Shown piece by piece: positions 40,932-50,812 of a DNA stretch of 64,000 nt. The notes beneath the pieces are model-generated. The model worked only from the letters and a program-made list of their open reading frames with translations, made no database searches and had not been told where the DNA came from. The translations under genes and the position numbers were made by a program. Source of the DNA: Chloroflexota bacterium (GTDB lineage Bacteria; Chloroflexota; Dehalococcoidia; E44-bin15); the NCBI GenBank assembly GCA_030604825.1, contig JAUVVB010000010.1, forward strand, positions 2,109 to 66,108, in the 5' to 3' direction. Position 1 is the first letter of the stretch; the number at the start of each line of letters is the position of its first letter.

Positions 40932-41494
40932 TGGCAAAGCATACCTTAATCGCCTTGGTGGAAGATAAGCCCGGCGTCTTAAATCGGGTGGCAAGCCTCT
41001 TCCGCAGGCGCGGCTTCAATATCGAGAGCATCGCCGTGGGGCATGCCGAATTGCCCGGGCTTTCCCGGATGACCATCGTGGTGGATGGCACCGCTGCCCT
41101 GGTGGAGCAGGTGAGAAAGCATCTGGATAAGCTCATCGATGTGGTCAAGGTCACCGACATCACCGACGATAACACGGTAGCCAGGGAGCTGGCGCTGATA
41201 AAGGTCAAGGCCACCCCCTCAACCCGGAGCGAGCTCATCCAGATCGTGGACATCTTCAGGGCAAACATCGTGGATGTGGCCTCCGATTCCGTTACCGTTG
41301 AGGTAACCGGGGATGAGGATAAGATCGATTCCCTGTTTCGCCTGCTGAAAGGCTTTGGCATCAGGGAGATAGCGCGCACCGGCCGCATCGCCATGACCCG
41401 CGGGGCTGCCCGCCCGCTGGTTGTGGAGGGGAAGCCGCAGCGGGAGGCCCCCCGCCGCAGGGCAAAAGGCCCCGATGTGATATCCAATCTATGA
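40931..41494 (+). CDS. ilvN: acetolactate synthase regulatory subunit
   Basis: [31 protein letters not shown]. Confidence 0.95.
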   Translation: MAKHTLIALVEDKPGVLNRVASLFRRRGFNIESIAVGHAELPGLSRMTIVVDGTAALVEQVRKHLDKLIDVVKVTDITDDNTVARELALIKVKATPSTRSELIQIVDIFRANIVDVASDSVTVEVTGDEDKIDSLFRLLKGFGIREIARTGRIAMTRGAARPLVVEGKPQREAPRRRAKGPDVISNL

Positions 41495-41504
41495 GGAGCA
41501 AGCC

Positions 41505-42497
41505 ATGGCAAAAATCTATTATGACAAGGACGCAAACCTAGACCTGCTTAAGGACAGGAAAATCGGCGTAATCGGCTTCGGCAGCCAGGGGCATGCCCAC
41601 GCCCTGAACCTGAAGCAGAGCGGCTGCGATGTCATGGTGGGTGAGTTAAGGGATAGCGAGCCGTGGCGAAATGCCCAGGAGGCAGGGCTTAAGGTGGCCA
41701 CCGCCGAAGAGGTGGCCAAGGCCTCTGACATAATGGTGATGCTTGTCCCCGACCAGCTCCACCGCCAGGTGTATCATGCCTCCATCGAGAAGGGGCTTGA
41801 TGGAGGCAACATGCTCATGTTCGCCCACGGCTTCAACATCCACTACGGCCAGATAATCCCACCCCCCGATGTCGATGTCACCATGATAGCGCCCAAGTGT
41901 CCCGGCCATATGCTGCGCCGCCTCTATGAAGAGGGCTCCAGCGCCCCCGCCCTGGTGGCAATCCACCAGGATGCCACGGGCAAGGCAAAGGAGATCGCCC
42001 TGGCCTATGCCAAGGGAATCGGTTGCACCAAGGCCGGGGTCCTGGAGACCACCTTTGCCGAGGAGACGGAGACCGACCTCTTCGGGGAGCAGGTGGTGCT
42101 CTGCGGCGGCATCAGCGCACTGGTGAAGGCTGCCTTTGAAACCCTGGTGGATGCCGGCTATCAGCCGGAGATCGCCTACTTCGAATGCCTCCACGAGCTA
42201 AAGCTAATCATCGACCTCATCTACCAGGGAGGCCTGAGCTATATGCGCTATTCGGTGAGCGATACCGCAGAGTATGGCGATTATACCCGCGGGCCGAGGG
42301 TGATCGACGACCTGGTGCGGGAGGAGATGTGGCAGATACTGAGCGAGATTCAGGATGGCACCTTCGCCCGGGAGTGGATACTGGAGAATCAGGCGGGGCG
42401 TCCCAGCTTCAACCTGATGAGGCGCATGGAGGCGGAGCACGAGATAGAGGAAGTGGGCAAGAAGCTCAGGGAGATGATGCCCTGGCTCAGGGGATGA
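41505..42497 (+). CDS. ilvC: ketol-acid reductoisomerase
   Basis: [36 protein letters not shown]. Confidence 0.97.
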   Translation: MAKIYYDKDANLDLLKDRKIGVIGFGSQGHAHALNLKQSGCDVMVGELRDSEPWRNAQEAGLKVATAEEVAKASDIMVMLVPDQLHRQVYHASIEKGLDGGNMLMFAHGFNIHYGQIIPPPDVDVTMIAPKCPGHMLRRLYEEGSSAPALVAIHQDATGKAKEIALAYAKGIGCTKAGVLETTFAEETETDLFGEQVVLCGGISALVKAAFETLVDAGYQPEIAYFECLHELKLIIDLIYQGGLSYMRYSVSDTAEYGDYTRGPRVIDDLVREEMWQILSEIQDGTFAREWILENQAGRPSFNLMRRMEAEHEIEEVGKKLREMMPWLRG

Positions 42498-42513
42498 AGA
42501 GAAGGGGCTTAGG

Positions 42514-43341
42514 ATGGCTATTCCGTCGGAGAAAAATATAGAACTTCCGCTACTCCTTGAAATAGAAGCAGCAGGAGGGAAGGCAAGAGCATCAGACTTG
42601 TATGATGCTGTAGCAAGGCATTTCCCGAGCCTCACTCAGGCTGACCAAGAAAGGAGACACCTCAAAAGTAACTTGCCTATTTGGCGGAACAGGGTTCAAT
42701 GGGCTAGGCAACACCTGGTTATCAAAGGCGAAGTCGACGCCCCCGCTCGAGGCATTTGGCGGATTACTGGAAAAGGAAGAGAACGACTGGGGAAAGGTGG
42801 ACAGGGTCCGTCGCCACCCCCACCTCCTCCACCTACGATTAGAGAGATATTAGAGAGAGAGACGCAGCAACTCCGCCAGCAGTTACATGACCTATTGATG
42901 AACTTAGACCCCCGACAGTTTGAGCTGTTTGCAACAAAGCTTCTTGAGAGTGTAGGCTTCACAGACCTGGAAGTGACGAACTATACTGGAGATGGTGGTA
43001 TCGATGGCTATGGAAATCTGGAGATGGGAGTGGTCAGAGTTAAAGCAGCATTTCAAGTGAAACGGTGGCGTCAAAATGTGCCCCGTCCTGAGATTGACCG
43101 CTTTCGTGGCGCGATAGCAGGAAGTTTTGACCAGGGGATATTCATTACCACGTCTGACTTCTCAGACGAAGCAAAGCAGGTATCGAGTAGGCCAGGAACG
43201 GTTGCCATTGTTCTAATCAATGGCAATAGGATTGTGGATATCCTGCTGGAAAAGGCATTAGGCGTTAGGCGTGAACCGCTCAGCATAACGAGAATTGATG
43301 AGGATTTCTTCATGGCCTTTGGCATTTCAGGGGAGGAGTAA
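42514..43341 (+). CDS. mrr: Mrr-family type IV restriction endonuclease
   Basis: N-terminal wHTH (WRNRVQWARQHL..RGIWRIT), FELF, GDGGIDG, QVKRW, GIFITTSDF, LING. Confidence 0.9.
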   Translation: MAIPSEKNIELPLLLEIEAAGGKARASDLYDAVARHFPSLTQADQERRHLKSNLPIWRNRVQWARQHLVIKGEVDAPARGIWRITGKGRERLGKGGQGPSPPPPPPPTIREILERETQQLRQQLHDLLMNLDPRQFELFATKLLESVGFTDLEVTNYTGDGGIDGYGNLEMGVVRVKAAFQVKRWRQNVPRPEIDRFRGAIAGSFDQGIFITTSDFSDEAKQVSSRPGTVAIVLINGNRIVDILLEKALGVRREPLSITRIDEDFFMAFGISGEE

Positions 43342-43356
43342 GCTAAGGAGTGGAAA

Positions 43357-44892
43357 ATGGAGCGCGTTATAATCTTCGACACCACTTTAAGGGATGGGGA
43401 GCAATGCCCGGGGGCAACCCTCAACATCGATGAGAAGCTGGAGATTGCCCACCAGCTAGAGCGGCTGAAGGTGGATGTCATCGAGGCTGGCTTCCCCATT
43501 GCCTCCCCCGGGGACTTCGAGTCGGTTCGCCTCATCGCCAAGGAGGTGAGGGAGCCCATAATCTGCGCCCTGGCCCATGCCAATCCCGAGGCGGTGGACC
43601 GCGCCTGGGAGTCAATAAAGGAGGCAAAGAGGGGGCGGATTCACGTCTTCCTCTCCAGCTCCGACATTCACCTCACCCACCAGCTCAGGATGGGGCGTGA
43701 GGAGATCCTTGAGCTTGCCACCGCCATGGTGGCTCGCGCCAAGGGTTATCTGGAGGATGTGGAGTTCTCGCCCATGGACGCCACCCGCACCAACCCCGAG
43801 TTCATCTACCAGATCCTCGAGGCCACCATCGATGCCGGGGCAACGACGGTCAACATCCCCGATACCGTGGGCTACACCACCCCCGAGGAGTTCTCCCGGC
43901 TGATCAGGGGCATCTTCGAGAACGTGCCCAACATAGATAAGGCGGTGGTCAGCGTTCACTGCCATGACGACCTGGGCCTTGCCGCGGCCAATAGCCTGGC
44001 TGCCATCGCCAGTGGTGCCCGGCAGGTGGAATGCACCATCAATGGCATTGGTGAACGGGCAGGAAATGCCTCCATGGAGGAGATCGTGATGGCGCTCCAC
44101 ACCCGAAAGGACTTTTTCCAGCTGAGCACCAATATCGACACCACCCAGATCTATAAGACCAGCCGCCTGGTGAGTGAGCTTACTGGCTTCGCGGTACCGC
44201 CCAATAAGGCGGTGGTAGGGGCAAACGCCTTCCGCCATGAGGCCGGGATCCACCAGGATGGCATCCTGAAGGAGCCCACCACCTATGAGATCATGGATGC
44301 CCGCACCGTAGGGCTGCCAGCCAGCGCCCTGGTTCTGGGCAAGCACAGCGGGCGTCACGCCCTTAAGGCCAGGCTCGAGGAACTGGGCTATACCCTAAGC
44401 AAGGAGGAGCTAAATCGCGCCTTCTCCGCCTTCAAGGAGCTCGCCGACAAGAAGAAGGAGGTTACCGACCGCGACCTGGAGTCCCTGGTGGCCGAGGAGA
44501 TGCGCACCATATCGGAGACCTATCACCTGGACCAGGTTCAGATTTTCTGCGGCGACCGCAGCGTTCCCACCGCCACGGTCAGGCTCATCACCCCCGAGGG
44601 CAATGTCATCGCCGATGCCGCCCTGGGCACCGGCCCGGTGGACGCCGTCTATAAGGCCATCAACCGCCTGGTGGGAGTGCCCAACGTGCTCACCGAGTTC
44701 AGCGTTAAATCGGTGACCGAGGGCATCGATGCCATCGGTGAGGTGACAATAAGGATAGAGAGCGAGGGGAAGGTGTACACTGGAAGGGGCGCCGCCACCG
44801 ACATCATCGTTGCCAGCGCCAAAGCATATATGAACGCCCTCAACCGGCTCATAGCGGCAAAGGGCATCAAGGGAAAGGAATCCGGGTCATGA
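43357..44892 (+). CDS. leuA: 2-isopropylmalate synthase
   Basis: [38 protein letters not shown]. Confidence 0.96.
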   Translation: MERVIIFDTTLRDGEQCPGATLNIDEKLEIAHQLERLKVDVIEAGFPIASPGDFESVRLIAKEVREPIICALAHANPEAVDRAWESIKEAKRGRIHVFLSSSDIHLTHQLRMGREEILELATAMVARAKGYLEDVEFSPMDATRTNPEFIYQILEATIDAGATTVNIPDTVGYTTPEEFSRLIRGIFENVPNIDKAVVSVHCHDDLGLAAANSLAAIASGARQVECTINGIGERAGNASMEEIVMALHTRKDFFQLSTNIDTTQIYKTSRLVSELTGFAVPPNKAVVGANAFRHEAGIHQDGILKEPTTYEIMDARTVGLPASALVLGKHSGRHALKARLEELGYTLSKEELNRAFSAFKELADKKKEVTDRDLESLVAEEMRTISETYHLDQVQIFCGDRSVPTATVRLITPEGNVIADAALGTGPVDAVYKAINRLVGVPNVLTEFSVKSVTEGIDAIGEVTIRIESEGKVYTGRGAATDIIVASAKAYMNALNRLIAAKGIKGKESGS

Positions 44893-45041
44893 CCTCGGAG
44901 GAGAAAGCTCAAGGAAAGGTCGAGAGCCGCCTGGCAAGCCTGGAGCTAAACTTCAAGATACTGCTGGCATTGATCCTGGTTAGCCTCAGCGCAAGCCTCG
45001 TCGCCCTGATAATAGCCCTGGTGACGCTGCTCACCGCCTAA
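44889..45041 (+). CDS. 50-aa single-TM microprotein (below ORF-track cutoff)
   Basis: [50 protein letters not shown]; ATGA overlap with leuA stop; fills the leuA-leuC gap. Confidence 0.65.
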   Translation: MTSEEKAQGKVESRLASLELNFKILLALILVSLSASLVALIIALVTLLTA

Positions 45042-45067
45042 TGGTGCAACCAAAAGGAGATTGCCCC

Positions 45068-46324
45068 ATGACCTTAGCCGAAAAGATCCTCGCTGCCCAT
45101 TCAGGCAAAGATAAGGTCAGCCCTGGCGAGTTCCTAAGCGTCAGGGTTGACCTGATATTGGCAAACGATGTCACCGCCCCCCTCGCCATCAGGGAGTTTC
45201 GCCGCATCGGCGTCCAAAAGGTCTTCGACCCCCAAAGGGTGGTGATGGTGCCCGACCATTTCGTGCCCAATAAGGACATCCCCTCCGCAGAGCAGGCAAA
45301 GCTGATGAGGGAATTCGCCCAGGAGCAGGGTTTGGTCTATTTCGAGGTGGGCAGGATGGGCATCGAGCATGTGCTGCTTCCGGAGCAGGGGTTGGTTGTC
45401 CCCGGGGATGTGGTCATTGGCGCCGACTCCCACACCTGCACCTATGGCGCTTTGGCGGCGTTTGCCACCGGGATGGGCTCCACCGACATCGCCTCCGCCA
45501 TGGCCACTGGAGAGATATGGATGAAGGTCCCGCCCACCATGAAGTTCGTCTATCAGGGCAGGCCGGGGAGATGGATCAGCGGCAAGGACCTCATCCTTTA
45601 TACCATCGGAGACATCGGGGTTGATGGCGCCCTCTACTCGGCAATGGAGTTTTCGGGCGAGGCCATCGATTCCCTTTCCCTGGACAGTCGCTTCAGCATG
45701 GCCAACATGGCCATCGAGGCTGGCGCCAAGGCAGGCATCTTCAGGGTTGATAAAAAGACCTTAGCTTATGTTCGGTCCCGCGCCAAGCGTCCCTACAAGG
45801 TCTATGAGCCCGCTGAGGATGCTCAATATGCAAAAGTCATTGAGTACGATGCCTCCAATATCGAGCCCCAGGTTGCCTTCCCCCACCTCCCCTCCAACAC
45901 CAGGCCCATAAGCGAGGTGGGCGAGGTGAGGATCGACCAGGTGGTGATCGGCAGCTGTACCAACGGCCGCCTTGAGGACCTGGAGACCGCCGCCGAGGTG
46001 CTCAAATGGAGAAGGGTTCACCCCGAGGTGCGCCTGATCATCATCCCCGGCTCCCAGAAGGTCTATCTTGAGGCGATGCGCCGCGGCCTGATCGAGACCT
46101 TCGTCCTGGCCGGGGCAGCGGTGAGCACCCCCACCTGCGGTCCCTGCCTCGGCGGGCATATGGGAGTGCTGGCAGCAGGAGAGTGCTGCCTTGCCACAAC
46201 CAATCGCAATTTCGTGGGACGCATGGGAAGCCCGGATTCGGAGGTCTATCTGGCGGGCCCGGCAATCGCCGCCGCCAGCGCCATACTGGGCAGGATTGGA
46301 AGTCCGGAGGAGGTGGCGGCATGA
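45068..46324 (+). CDS. leuC: 3-isopropylmalate dehydratase large subunit
   Basis: [43 protein letters not shown]. Confidence 0.95.
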   Translation: MTLAEKILAAHSGKDKVSPGEFLSVRVDLILANDVTAPLAIREFRRIGVQKVFDPQRVVMVPDHFVPNKDIPSAEQAKLMREFAQEQGLVYFEVGRMGIEHVLLPEQGLVVPGDVVIGADSHTCTYGALAAFATGMGSTDIASAMATGEIWMKVPPTMKFVYQGRPGRWISGKDLILYTIGDIGVDGALYSAMEFSGEAIDSLSLDSRFSMANMAIEAGAKAGIFRVDKKTLAYVRSRAKRPYKVYEPAEDAQYAKVIEYDASNIEPQVAFPHLPSNTRPISEVGEVRIDQVVIGSCTNGRLEDLETAAEVLKWRRVHPEVRLIIIPGSQKVYLEAMRRGLIETFVLAGAAVSTPTCGPCLGGHMGVLAAGECCLATTNRNFVGRMGSPDSEVYLAGPAIAAASAILGRIGSPEEVAA

Positions 46325-46363
46325 AGGCTTTATGGAATCTTTTATTTGAAAGGAGGTGAAGAA

Positions 46364-46567
46364 ATGAAAGGAACGATAAAGAGACTCATCCGGGACCGGG
46401 GTTTCGGCTTCATCGGTGCAGAAGATGGGGAAGAGTTCTTCTTCCACCGCTCCGCTTTGGAAGGGATAGATTTTGAGGCTCTAGAAGAGGGCGACAGCGT
46501 AGAGTTCAATTCGGAGCGGGGACCTAAAGGCCTCCGGGCAGTGAATATAAGGACGATAAAAGCTTAG
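46364..46567 (+). CDS. cold-shock domain protein
   Basis: MKGTIK..RGFGFI..EFFFHRSA..GPKG; strong SD AGGAGGT. Confidence 0.92.
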   Translation: MKGTIKRLIRDRGFGFIGAEDGEEFFFHRSALEGIDFEALEEGDSVEFNSERGPKGLRAVNIRTIKA

Positions 46568-46581
46568 CATAAGGGGGTGAT

Positions 46582-46866
46582 ATGCTAACAGTGACAGCAC
46601 ATGCGGCAGAGGAGCTTAAGGCTGTGGCCGAGGCTGAGGGCACAGAGCCTGACCAGGTGCTAAGGCTGGTCCCTGCGGAGTCAGGAATGCTGACTCTGGT
46701 CCTTGATACGGTCAGGGAGGGAGACCAGGTGGTGGAGCATGAAGGAGGCAAGGTACTGTTGGTCGGAGCCGAACTAGCTGACGCCGTTGACGGGCTGATG
46801 CTGGATGCTGAGCATACGGCAGAGGGTTGCCGACTAGTTATATCTGGACCCACTCCCGAAGCCTGA
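46582..46866 (+). CDS. HesB/IscA-like fold protein lacking the Fe-S cysteines
   Basis: MLTVTAHAAEEL..LRL..LVLD...EGDQVVEHEG..VLLV pattern; no CGCG motif. Confidence 0.6.
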   Translation: MLTVTAHAAEELKAVAEAEGTEPDQVLRLVPAESGMLTLVLDTVREGDQVVEHEGGKVLLVGAELADAVDGLMLDAEHTAEGCRLVISGPTPEA

Positions 46867-47027
46867 GTCAACGACGGAGATGTGAGCGAATGCGGCAAGT
46901 GCCACCCCTATCGCCATCAAGGCGGCTGCCCAGCCAGGCGGATTAGCGAACCCAAAGTTCGTATATACCACTTTTAGGCGAAATTCCGTAAGAATGTTCA
47001 GGAAAAAGGGATAAAAAGGAGGTCAGA

Positions 47028-47303
47028 ATGAATATCTACGTAGGCAATTTGTCACGCGAGGTCACAGAGGAGGAATTGCGGGAGGCATTTGAGGCTTTCG
47101 GGCAGATCACATCCGCCAGAATCATCACGGACAAATTCAGCGGCGTATCGAGAGGATTCGGATTCGTGGAGATGTCTGACAAAGCTGAAGCCCAAGCCGC
47201 GATCACCGGCCTGAACGGCAAGGAGCTGAAAGAACGAGCGCTTATCGTTAATGAGGCTCGCCCTCGCTCCGAAGGCGGTCGAGGTGGTGGGCAGCGCTTC
47301 TAG
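47028..47303 (+). CDS. RRM (RNP-1) RNA-binding protein
   Basis: IYVGNL (RNP2), RGFGFVEM (RNP1), VNEARPR, RGG tail. Confidence 0.95.
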   Translation: MNIYVGNLSREVTEEELREAFEAFGQITSARIITDKFSGVSRGFGFVEMSDKAEAQAAITGLNGKELKERALIVNEARPRSEGGRGGGQRF

Positions 47304-47447
47304 TAAGCGGCACTCGGACATAATAGAGTCATAGTAGAACTTCGCAAAGCCCAGAAGCGTTATCTGAAATGCCAGGCCGAGCAATGGTCTGACTAGCTGC
47401 CGAGGAGCAGCGTTAGTAGCAGAGGTTAAACTATGGAGAAGGCACAA

Positions 47448-47522
47448 CCGGCTGTGGCGATGGCTGCCGCCAGCGCCATACTGGGCAGGATCGCAAGCCC
47501 GGAGGAGATGGTGGGGTGAAGG
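47448..47522 (+). repeat. diverged duplicate of the leuC 3' end
   Basis: 26-bp exact match 47466-47491 to 46271-46296; similarity continues through the stop codon. Confidence 0.9.
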
Positions 47523-47528
47523 AGGGGG

Positions 47529-48494
47529 ATGTGTTCAGTGAGAGCAGAACATAAAAAACGCCAAATTATTGATAAAGCAAACAGAAGAGCTAAGAAGCTA
47601 AGGCCTAAATGCTTTTTTAGTAGTTGCAGCGAACTTGCAATAAACTCACATTCTCAATCAGTGGGGCGTTCCCTAAAGAATATAAGTGTAGACGATAAAG
47701 TAATAGGGCTTAGTATAGATCCGTTTCGCCCTCCGGAAGATGTTGACGATTGGTTTAAGGAGATAGGAATTAGGCAAGCCTCGCTTTTCAAAGGCTTCTG
47801 CTGGAAACACGATAGTGAGTTTTTTAGATCCGTTGATGATTTCGAAATGGCAGATATGGATAAGGTGACATTGGCAAAATTGGCATTTAGAACGTTCGCA
47901 ATGGCAGTCAGAATTAAACAGCAGGAATCATGCAGGATGTCGACGGTCATTAAAGAGAGTGAAGGAATATTCTATACTGACGACCTTTACTATCATAATG
48001 TAGGCCAGAGAGTGTTTCTAAAAAAGGATTTTCCTTACTATTTGAGTAAATTTGAGAAAATGTTTAATTCTGACAACTACGACGATGTAGAAAGCGCGGT
48101 TTTTTTGCTCAATAGAAACATTGGGATATCATGTTCGACTGTTATTGACCCAACTCTTATAAGCCCAAAAAACCTATACGACCATGATATCGTTGACCTC
48201 CAACCAGCGATGTTTTTTACTGTCTTACCGGATTTTGCCGAAACAACTGTCATATTCACATATTTCATAAACGATAAACAAGCAGCTCTCAACTTTATTG
48301 GAGAGCATGATAAACTAGAGGATATAGTATTCAATCACTGTGAAGATGTATTATTTAATCCTCATTTTTTCCACTCTCTTACTGATAGCCAAAAGAGGAA
48401 AATCGTAAAGGCTTTAGCTCCTTGGATAGTTTGGGGAAAAGTGCAATTCCCCGATTTATTTAAAGTGAATCTAACTTCACCAAATTACTATTAA
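47529..48494 (+). CDS. AT-rich hypothetical protein with Cys/His motifs (possible HNH-like / Zn-binding nuclease)
   Basis: CFFSSC..AINSHS and ASLFKGFCWKHD motifs; composition clearly AT-richer than flanks. Confidence 0.6.
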   Translation: MCSVRAEHKKRQIIDKANRRAKKLRPKCFFSSCSELAINSHSQSVGRSLKNISVDDKVIGLSIDPFRPPEDVDDWFKEIGIRQASLFKGFCWKHDSEFFRSVDDFEMADMDKVTLAKLAFRTFAMAVRIKQQESCRMSTVIKESEGIFYTDDLYYHNVGQRVFLKKDFPYYLSKFEKMFNSDNYDDVESAVFLLNRNIGISCSTVIDPTLISPKNLYDHDIVDLQPAMFFTVLPDFAETTVIFTYFINDKQAALNFIGEHDKLEDIVFNHCEDVLFNPHFFHSLTDSQKRKIVKALAPWIVWGKVQFPDLFKVNLTSPNYY

Positions 48495-48542
48495 CAAAGA
48501 CATTATCTGAGATTGGGGAGATTTTAGGAAGGGGGATACAGC

Positions 48543-49058
48543 TTGAAACTGCAAGGCAAAGTCCACAAATACGGGGCCAACATCGATACCGATGCCATCA
48601 TCCCCACTCGCTACCTGAATATATCCGAGCCCGCGGAGCTGGCAAAGCACTGCATGGAGGGTATTGACCCCGATTTCGTGGGCCGGATGGAAAAGGGCGA
48701 TTTCATCGTTGCTGGCACCAACTTCGGCTACGGCTCCTCAAGGGAGCATGCCCCCATCGCCATTAAGGAGGCGGGGATATCGTGCGTCATCGCCTCAAGC
48801 TTTGCCCGCATCTTCTTCCGAAACGCCATCAATATCGGCCTGCCCCTGTTGGAGTGTGCCCCGGCGGAGGAGGAAAGCGAGGCGGGGGACATCCTGGAGG
48901 TGGAGCTCAAAAGCGGCAAGATCAGGAACATCACCAGGGATAAGCTTTTTCAGGCCGAGCCCTATCCCGATTTCATGATGGAGCTCATCTCGGCAGGGGG
49001 GCTCATCGAACATACCAAGAAGAAGATAGAGGCGAGGAGGCGCCAGGGTGAGATTTGA
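48543..49058 (+). CDS. leuD: 3-isopropylmalate dehydratase small subunit
   Basis: [36 protein letters not shown]. Confidence 0.95.
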   Translation: MKLQGKVHKYGANIDTDAIIPTRYLNISEPAELAKHCMEGIDPDFVGRMEKGDFIVAGTNFGYGSSREHAPIAIKEAGISCVIASSFARIFFRNAINIGLPLLECAPAEEESEAGDILEVELKSGKIRNITRDKLFQAEPYPDFMMELISAGGLIEHTKKKIEARRRQGEI

Positions 49059-50139
49059 CATCGCCCTTTTGCCCGGCGATGGCGTTGGTCCCGAGGTCAC
49101 CGCTGAGGCGGTCAAGGTTCTTGAGGCGGTGGGCAAAAGGTTCCATCACCAGTTCTCCTTTAATCAAGGGGACATTGGCGGGATCGCCATCGACCACCAC
49201 GGGGTGGCTCTGACCGGGGATACGCTCAACATGTGCCAGAGGTGCGATGCCGTCCTCCTAGGGGCGGTGGGCGGCCCCAAATGGGATGACCCCAGGGCGA
49301 AGGTTCGCCCTGAGGACGGGCTTCTCGCCCTGAGAAAGGGGCTCAGGCTCTTTGCCAACCTCCGCCCGGTAAAGGTTCTCCCCATGCTCATCGATTCCAC
49401 CACCATAAAGCCCGACGTGATTAAAGGGGTTGACCTGGTGGTGGTTCGTGAGCTTACCGGCGGGCTCTACTTCGGCAAACCCAAGAGGCAGTGGCAGACA
49501 GCCAGAGGGAGGAAAGCGGTAGATACCCTGGCCTACTCCGAGAAGGAGATCGAGCGCATCCTCAGGGTTGGCTTTGAGCTTGCCCGAAGCCGCAGGAAAA
49601 GGCTGGCCTCGGTGGACAAGGCCAATGTGCTGGAATCCTCCCGGCTTTGGCGGCAGATCGCCATAGAGCTCTCCATCCACTATCCCGATGTGGAGCTGCA
49701 GCACCTGTTGGTGGATGCCTGCGCCATGAGACTCATCCAGCGCCCTTCGGAGTTCGATGTAATCGTCACCGAGAACATGTTTGGCGACATCCTCACCGAT
49801 GAGGCATCGATGCTTGCCGGCTCCATGGGGATGCTGCCCTCGGCAAGCCTCGCCGGAATTCCCAAGGCAGGGGAAAAGACCTTCGGCATGTACGAGCCCA
49901 TCCATGGCAGCGCCCCGAGAAGGGCGGGGCAGAACATAGCCAACCCCATCGCCATGATCACGAGCGTGGCCATGATGCTGCGCTACTCTTTCGCCCTGGC
50001 GGAGGAGGCGGAAGCGATAGAGGGGGCGGTAAGCGATGTGCTGGAGGAAGGTTACCGCACTTATGATATAATGGAGGAAGGCAAAAAGCAGATAGGCACC
50101 AGGGAGATGGGGGATTTAATTGCGGGGAGAATGGGTTGA
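49048..50139 (+). CDS. leuB: 3-isopropylmalate dehydrogenase
   Basis: [44 protein letters not shown]. Confidence 0.97.
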   Translation: MRFDIALLPGDGVGPEVTAEAVKVLEAVGKRFHHQFSFNQGDIGGIAIDHHGVALTGDTLNMCQRCDAVLLGAVGGPKWDDPRAKVRPEDGLLALRKGLRLFANLRPVKVLPMLIDSTTIKPDVIKGVDLVVVRELTGGLYFGKPKRQWQTARGRKAVDTLAYSEKEIERILRVGFELARSRRKRLASVDKANVLESSRLWRQIAIELSIHYPDVELQHLLVDACAMRLIQRPSEFDVIVTENMFGDILTDEASMLAGSMGMLPSASLAGIPKAGEKTFGMYEPIHGSAPRRAGQNIANPIAMITSVAMMLRYSFALAEEAEAIEGAVSDVLEEGYRTYDIMEEGKKQIGTREMGDLIAGRMG

Positions 50140-50660
50140 TGGTGGAGAGGGTGGCAATCTTCATAGACGGAAGCAACTTCTACCACACCTTGAAGGACAA
50201 CTTCGCGCGGGCAGACCTGGATTTTGGAGCTCTTGCCTCTAAACTGTGTGGTGACCGCCTTCTTGTCCGCACCTATTACTACAATGTCCCTGTTGACCAG
50301 AAAAGGGAGCCCCAGAGATATGCTGACCAGCGGAAATTTCTCGCTCGGCTGCACCTGACCCCCTACCTTACCCTAAAGCTAGGACGGCTGGTTTACCGAG
50401 GAGGTATCCCCATCGAGAAGGGCGTTGATGTAAGGTTAGCCACCGACATGTTGAACCTGGCATGGAAGAATGTTTACGATACAGCGATCACCGTTACCGG
50501 AGATGGGGACTTTGCCGATGCGGTGGAGGCGGTGAAAGAGCTGGGCAAACATGTGGAGAACGCCTTTACCAAGAAGGGGTTGTCTCAGCACCTTCGGCAG
50601 GCTTGCGACCGCTTAATTATTTTAGACGAGGGTTTTCTGAAGGAATGCTGGCTAAAATAA
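50139..50660 (+). CDS. NYN-domain (LabA/DUF88, PIN-fold) putative ribonuclease
   Basis: FIDGSNFY, EKGVDVRLATDM, TGDGDF, L...CD: all acidic catalytic residues present. Confidence 0.9.
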   Translation: MVERVAIFIDGSNFYHTLKDNFARADLDFGALASKLCGDRLLVRTYYYNVPVDQKREPQRYADQRKFLARLHLTPYLTLKLGRLVYRGGIPIEKGVDVRLATDMLNLAWKNVYDTAITVTGDGDFADAVEAVKELGKHVENAFTKKGLSQHLRQACDRLIILDEGFLKECWLK

Positions 50661-50742
50661 TAAGCAGGGGGTGAAAGTTTCCTTTGACCCCCTGGCGGTT
50701 ATTACCCGCCATGGCCTAAGCGATGGCGGGGCGATAATTACG
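50655..50742 (-). ncRNA. candidate two-hairpin small RNA convergent with the NYN gene
   Basis: Minus TTGACA(50771-76)-17-TATTAT(50748-53) promoter; hairpins 50705-50730 and 50665-50694; U-rich tail. Confidence 0.55.
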
Positions 50743-50812
50743 TTATGATAATATATTAATACTGTTGAATTGTCAAGTCCTTTTTGAGAATTGGCAAACT
50801 CGGGGATAACAA

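Noticed and set aside
46951-46964. CC(A/C)AAGTTCGTAT shared with 52501-52514
   Set aside because: Only two short non-palindromic copies; could be chance
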